Assembly (NCBI GenBank): GCA_018714185.1
Contig: DVNT01000015.1
Coordinates: 6,042-70,041, forward strand
Origin: Candidatus Aphodousia gallistercoris
GTDB lineage: Bacteria; Pseudomonadota; Gammaproteobacteria; Burkholderiales; Burkholderiaceae_F
Direction: 5' to 3'
DNA length: 64,000 bases
Below are positions 60,652-64,000 of this stretch, piece by piece. Numbering within the stretch: the stretch's first letter is position 1; each line of letters starts with the position of its first letter. The translations under genes and the position numbers were made by a program. Under the pieces are notes generated by a model, which was given only the letters and a program-made list of their open reading frames with translations, ran no database searches and had not been told where the DNA came from.

Positions 60652-62496
60652 GTGAAAGACTCATCACAAATTCGATTTGAAGCTCTGAGCAAACTGAAAA
60701 CACTTGACCAATTTGTCCCTGCTCGCGCTGCGGCAGCTCCTCATACCGAGGCATTGCGTCAATTTGACCGGCGCTCCAATTCTTGGGAGCGCATCTCCTA
60801 CCGAGATTTAAACGAACGGATTCAACAATGGAGAAAGGCCTTTGCCAAGATGAATCTCCCCGCAGGCTCCCGAGTCGCCATATTGCTACCCAACGGGGTA
60901 GATGCCATCTGTTGCGATCAGGCGGTGCTTGCCAACGGATGCGTTCCTGTTCCGCTGCATGCCATTGATACGGCGGGATCCAGTGCCTTTATTATTTCCG
61001 ATAGCCAAGCCTGCGTTTTAGTAACCAATCGCCAAAGCCGCTGGGATGCTATTTATTTATCCGGCGTTCAGATGCCCGATCTAAAGCACATTATTTTTAC
61101 CGATGAGTCAACTCCGCAATCACGAACGCCGAGCATTTGTCAGTGGGACTTGGAGAGCTGGCTGGCGGCAGGACACGAGGTCTCGGTGCTACCCGAAGGC
61201 CCCAAAGAAGAAGACCTCGCTGCGATTGTTTATACCTCCGGCACCACCGGCAAGCCCAAAGGCGTGATGCTGACGCATCGCAATGTTGTACGAAATGTCA
61301 TCAACACCATCGAAACGGTCTTGCCGAATCCCCAACCCGGCGATATTTTCCTTTCTTTCTTGCCCATGTCTCACACGTTTGAACGCATGGCCGGCTACTA
61401 TCTCGCTTTAGGAATGGGCTGCACCATTGTCTTTAACCGTTCAATACAGTTGCTTGCCGAGGATTTTCGAGTTATTCGCCCGAACATCATCATTTCCGTT
61501 CCTCGAATCTATGAACGCATTTATGCTAAGGTTCAAAACAAACTGTCCAAACAATCTCGGTTTGTCCGTTTTCTCTTTAATTGGGCCGTTGATGTGGGAT
61601 GGAGGCGCTTTTGCAGACGCTACGGCATCGTACAAAAACCTGCGCCCTTTGACTGGGCCGATCCTTTTGTTTGGCCTGTTTTAAAGCGGCTTGTTTCGCA
61701 AACACTGCTGAATCAATTCGGGGGCCGCTTGCGAATTGCCATCAGTGGCGGCGCTGCTCTTAATGCAAAAGTCGCCAAAGCGTTCTGCGGCTTAGGCTTA
61801 CCGATTATTCAAGGATACGGCATGACCGAGTCAAGCCCGATCATCGCCGGCAACAGCCCGACCTACAATCATCCGGATACCGTTGGCAAACCGCTCCCGC
61901 AAACCGAAGTCAGACTCGGCACGGATGATGAAATTCAAGTGAAGTCGCCGAGCGTCATGCGCGGTTACTGGAATCGGCCCGAAGATACTGCGGCCGCCTT
62001 TACCGAGGACGGTTGGCTAAAAACCGGAGACATCGGTCACTTTGATAGCGAAGGCTTTTTGCGCATCGTCGGACGCATTAAAGAAATCATCGTCACGAGC
62101 ACCGGCGAAAAGGTTCCTCCCGTCGACATGGAGTTGGCGATCGAAATGGACCCGCTCTTTGATCAAGCCTTTGTGATCGGCGAGAACCGCCCCTTCATCT
62201 CCACCATCGTCGTACTCAATAAAGAGGAATGGGAACGGCTTGCCAAAACGCTTGACCTAGACCCCGAAGATCCGGAAAGCCTTCTGGCGGCGGCAACACG
62301 AAATGCCCTACTTAAAAGGATCAAAGCAGCGGCAAAAGATTTCCCGCAATACGCCTTGCCGAGGAATGTTTTTCCTACGCTTGAACACTGGACGATCGAC
62401 AACGGTCTGTTAACTCCGACGTTAAAGCTGAAAAGAAAAAATTTGAACGAAAAATATGCGCCCCAAATTCAGTCCTTGTATGCGGGACATCGATAA
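60652..62496 (+). CDS. Long-chain fatty acid--CoA ligase (FAA1/FadD15-like)
   Basis: YTSGTTGKPKG, QGYGMTE, TGD, GRIKE, LTPTLK. Confidence 0.92.
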   Translation: MKDSSQIRFEALSKLKTLDQFVPARAAAAPHTEALRQFDRRSNSWERISYRDLNERIQQWRKAFAKMNLPAGSRVAILLPNGVDAICCDQAVLANGCVPVPLHAIDTAGSSAFIISDSQACVLVTNRQSRWDAIYLSGVQMPDLKHIIFTDESTPQSRTPSICQWDLESWLAAGHEVSVLPEGPKEEDLAAIVYTSGTTGKPKGVMLTHRNVVRNVINTIETVLPNPQPGDIFLSFLPMSHTFERMAGYYLALGMGCTIVFNRSIQLLAEDFRVIRPNIIISVPRIYERIYAKVQNKLSKQSRFVRFLFNWAVDVGWRRFCRRYGIVQKPAPFDWADPFVWPVLKRLVSQTLLNQFGGRLRIAISGGAALNAKVAKAFCGLGLPIIQGYGMTESSPIIAGNSPTYNHPDTVGKPLPQTEVRLGTDDEIQVKSPSVMRGYWNRPEDTAAAFTEDGWLKTGDIGHFDSEGFLRIVGRIKEIIVTSTGEKVPPVDMELAIEMDPLFDQAFVIGENRPFISTIVVLNKEEWERLAKTLDLDPEDPESLLAAATRNALLKRIKAAAKDFPQYALPRNVFPTLEHWTIDNGLLTPTLKLKRKNLNEKYAPQIQSLYAGHR

Positions 62497-62574
62497 AACG
62501 TCTGAGATGGGTATCTAAAAAGTGGACCTCCAGGATTAATTTAGGAGAAAATTATGTCCTTGGAGGATTTCACT

Positions 62575-62871
62575 ATGAAACGAGTACGTCGACAGTTCAC
62601 AGTCGAGTTTAAAAAAAATGCTGTCAGCCTCGTTGTTGACGAGAAAAGATCGGTTAGCGAAGTCGCTAAAAGCCTCAATATTTCGTCCAAAACATTAAGT
62701 ACTTGGCTACGCCAATCCAGAGAAGGCAAATTGGAAGGCAAGATCGCCTCCAACGTTGACGAGAAAACCATGCAAATGGCTGCGATTATGGCCGAAAATC
62801 AACGTCTGAAAGCAGAGGTGTTACTCTTAAAAAAATTCGCAGCGTATCTTTCGAAAAACGGGCTTCAGTAA
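62575..62871 (+). CDS. IS3 OrfA (HTH)
   Basis: RRQFTVEFKKNAV..VAKSLNI..W, leucine zipper, LLKK. Confidence 0.9.
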   Translation: MKRVRRQFTVEFKKNAVSLVVDEKRSVSEVAKSLNISSKTLSTWLRQSREGKLEGKIASNVDEKTMQMAAIMAENQRLKAEVLLLKKFAAYLSKNGLQ

Positions 62872-63764
62872 GATACGCTTTTATTCTTGAAAGCCTATCG
62901 GACCCCGATTTTAAGTCTCTGAGATTAGAGGACTTTTGTCGTGTTTTAGAAGTCAGTAAAAGCGGTTACTACGCTTGGAAGCGTCGAAAAAATCAACCGC
63001 GATTATCTTGTTCTTTGGTAACTGAGCAAACGATCCTTCAAGAGATGAAATCCTTCCGGCAAAAACACCGTTTTACGCCGGGGATCCGTCAATTTCACGC
63101 TTACTTACAAGCCAAGCAGCTCAGAGTCGGATTAAAACGTTTACGTCGAGTCCTTCGCGGCAACGGTTTCATTGGTTATAAGCGTAGAACTCGAATAAAG
63201 ACGACTGACAGCAATCATCGTTTAACGGTGTATCCCAACCTGCTAAGCCGAGAGTTTCAAAGCGGAGAACTGGATCGTGCTTGGGTCTCGGATATCACTT
63301 ATTTGCCAACGCAAGAGGGTTTCGTTTATTTGGCCAGCATCATCGACTTGGGAAGTCGTCGTTTATTAGGGTGGTCGTTAGATACTTCAATGACCGTGGA
63401 ACTGGTTCAAAGAGCTTTTAAGCAGGCATTGAAAACCCGCGGAAAGCAATGTATTGCCGGAGCTATTTTCCATTCGGATCAAGGCAGTCAATACTGTTCG
63501 CACACCTTTCAAAATACTTTGAGAGCCGCACAAATGCGAACCAGCATGAGCCGCAAGGGAGAGTGCTGGGATAACGCTGTAGCCGAGTCGTTTTGGAACA
63601 CGGTTAAACGCGAAGTTTTGGGGGCAAGGAAACGCTTTTTAAGCATTTCTGAAGCCATCGAACAGACCGAGAATTGGATTTCATATTACAATGCCGAGAG
63701 ACCTCATTCTGCCATCCGTATGATGGCCCCGTTGGCTTATGAGGCGCAACTGACACACCGTTGA
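62829..63764 (+). CDS. IS3 OrfB DDE transposase (reached by -1 frameshift)
   Basis: The -1 frame is open from the A7 run at 62829-62835. SGYYAW, WVSDITY, HSDQGSQY, DNAVAESF, YYN..RPHS. Confidence 0.9.
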   Translation, partial: KKIRSVSFEKRASVRYAFILESLSDPDFKSLRLEDFCRVLEVSKSGYYAWKRRKNQPRLSCSLVTEQTILQEMKSFRQKHRFTPGIRQFHAYLQAKQLRVGLKRLRRVLRGNGFIGYKRRTRIKTTDSNHRLTVYPNLLSREFQSGELDRAWVSDITYLPTQEGFVYLASIIDLGSRRLLGWSLDTSMTVELVQRAFKQALKTRGKQCIAGAIFHSDQGSQYCSHTFQNTLRAAQMRTSMSRKGECWDNAVAESFWNTVKREVLGARKRFLSISEAIEQTENWISYYNAERPHSAIRMMAPLAYEAQLTHR

Positions 63765-63823
63765 GCTTTATGAGCCTTGTTCAACCAATCCTAGAGGTCC
63801 ACTTTTCGCGCCCCACATCAGTA

Positions 63824-64000
63824 TCAACGTAGCATTACGAAATTTCTTAAGTTCGAGAGAGTTTTGATAAAAAAATTCTGTCTAGAAGAAAGTGGTTCAA
63901 TCCATCCATTAAAAAAATAATTTGGTAATTCTGGAGAATCTGAAAATAAGCATTGGTGTACTTGATGCATTAGACTTATACCCGAATGTTTAACATTGCG
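63824..64000 (-). CDS. 3' end of an AT-rich gene of unknown function (partial)
   Basis: 58 open codons (..HQVHQCLFSDSPELPNYFFNGW..LR*) in sequence hand-counted at about 32% GC. Confidence 0.45.
   Translation of the reverse strand, partial: RNVKHSGISLMHQVHQCLFSDSPELPNYFFNGWIEPLSSRQNFFIKTLSNLRNFVMLR

Larger units (their letters stand above)
62503..63820 (+). mobile_element. IS3-family insertion sequence (about 1318 bp)
   Basis: TG...CA ends, imperfect inverted repeats sharing AAAAGTGGACCTC.AGGATT, orfA plus orfB. Confidence 0.93.

Overview
Mostly core chromosome of a Betaproteobacterium; the gene content and order suggest Burkholderiales, probably Sutterellaceae (inference). It carries kdsD-kdsC-lptCAB-ptsN-rapZ, mutY, lolB-ispE-tRNA-Gln-prs-rplY-pth-ychF, ftsY/rsmD/coaD/ppx/ftsEX/rpoH, a NarXL-type pair, secB/gpmA/envC/ctpA, sppA, dksA, two lipid A acyltransferases, metK and ahcY with SAM-II-like and SAH riboswitches, slt/cca/folB/ttcA/rsmI/uup/fadD, and an IS3-family element at the right edge. 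The main hidden signal is non-coding. A dispersed family of protein-less IS200/IS605-type elements carries an IscB-type omega-RNA (HEARO-like) scaffold: one near full length inside the lptC-lptA junction, one internally deleted, three remnants and one doubtful copy. Every copy ends directly at ATGA(A), and in all but one copy that ATG is a host gene's start codon. Several copies keep a Shine-Dalgarno-like sequence 5' of the terminal hairpin, which suggests they may have been domesticated as structured 5' UTRs. All calls come from reading the sequence and recalling family motifs; no database search was run.
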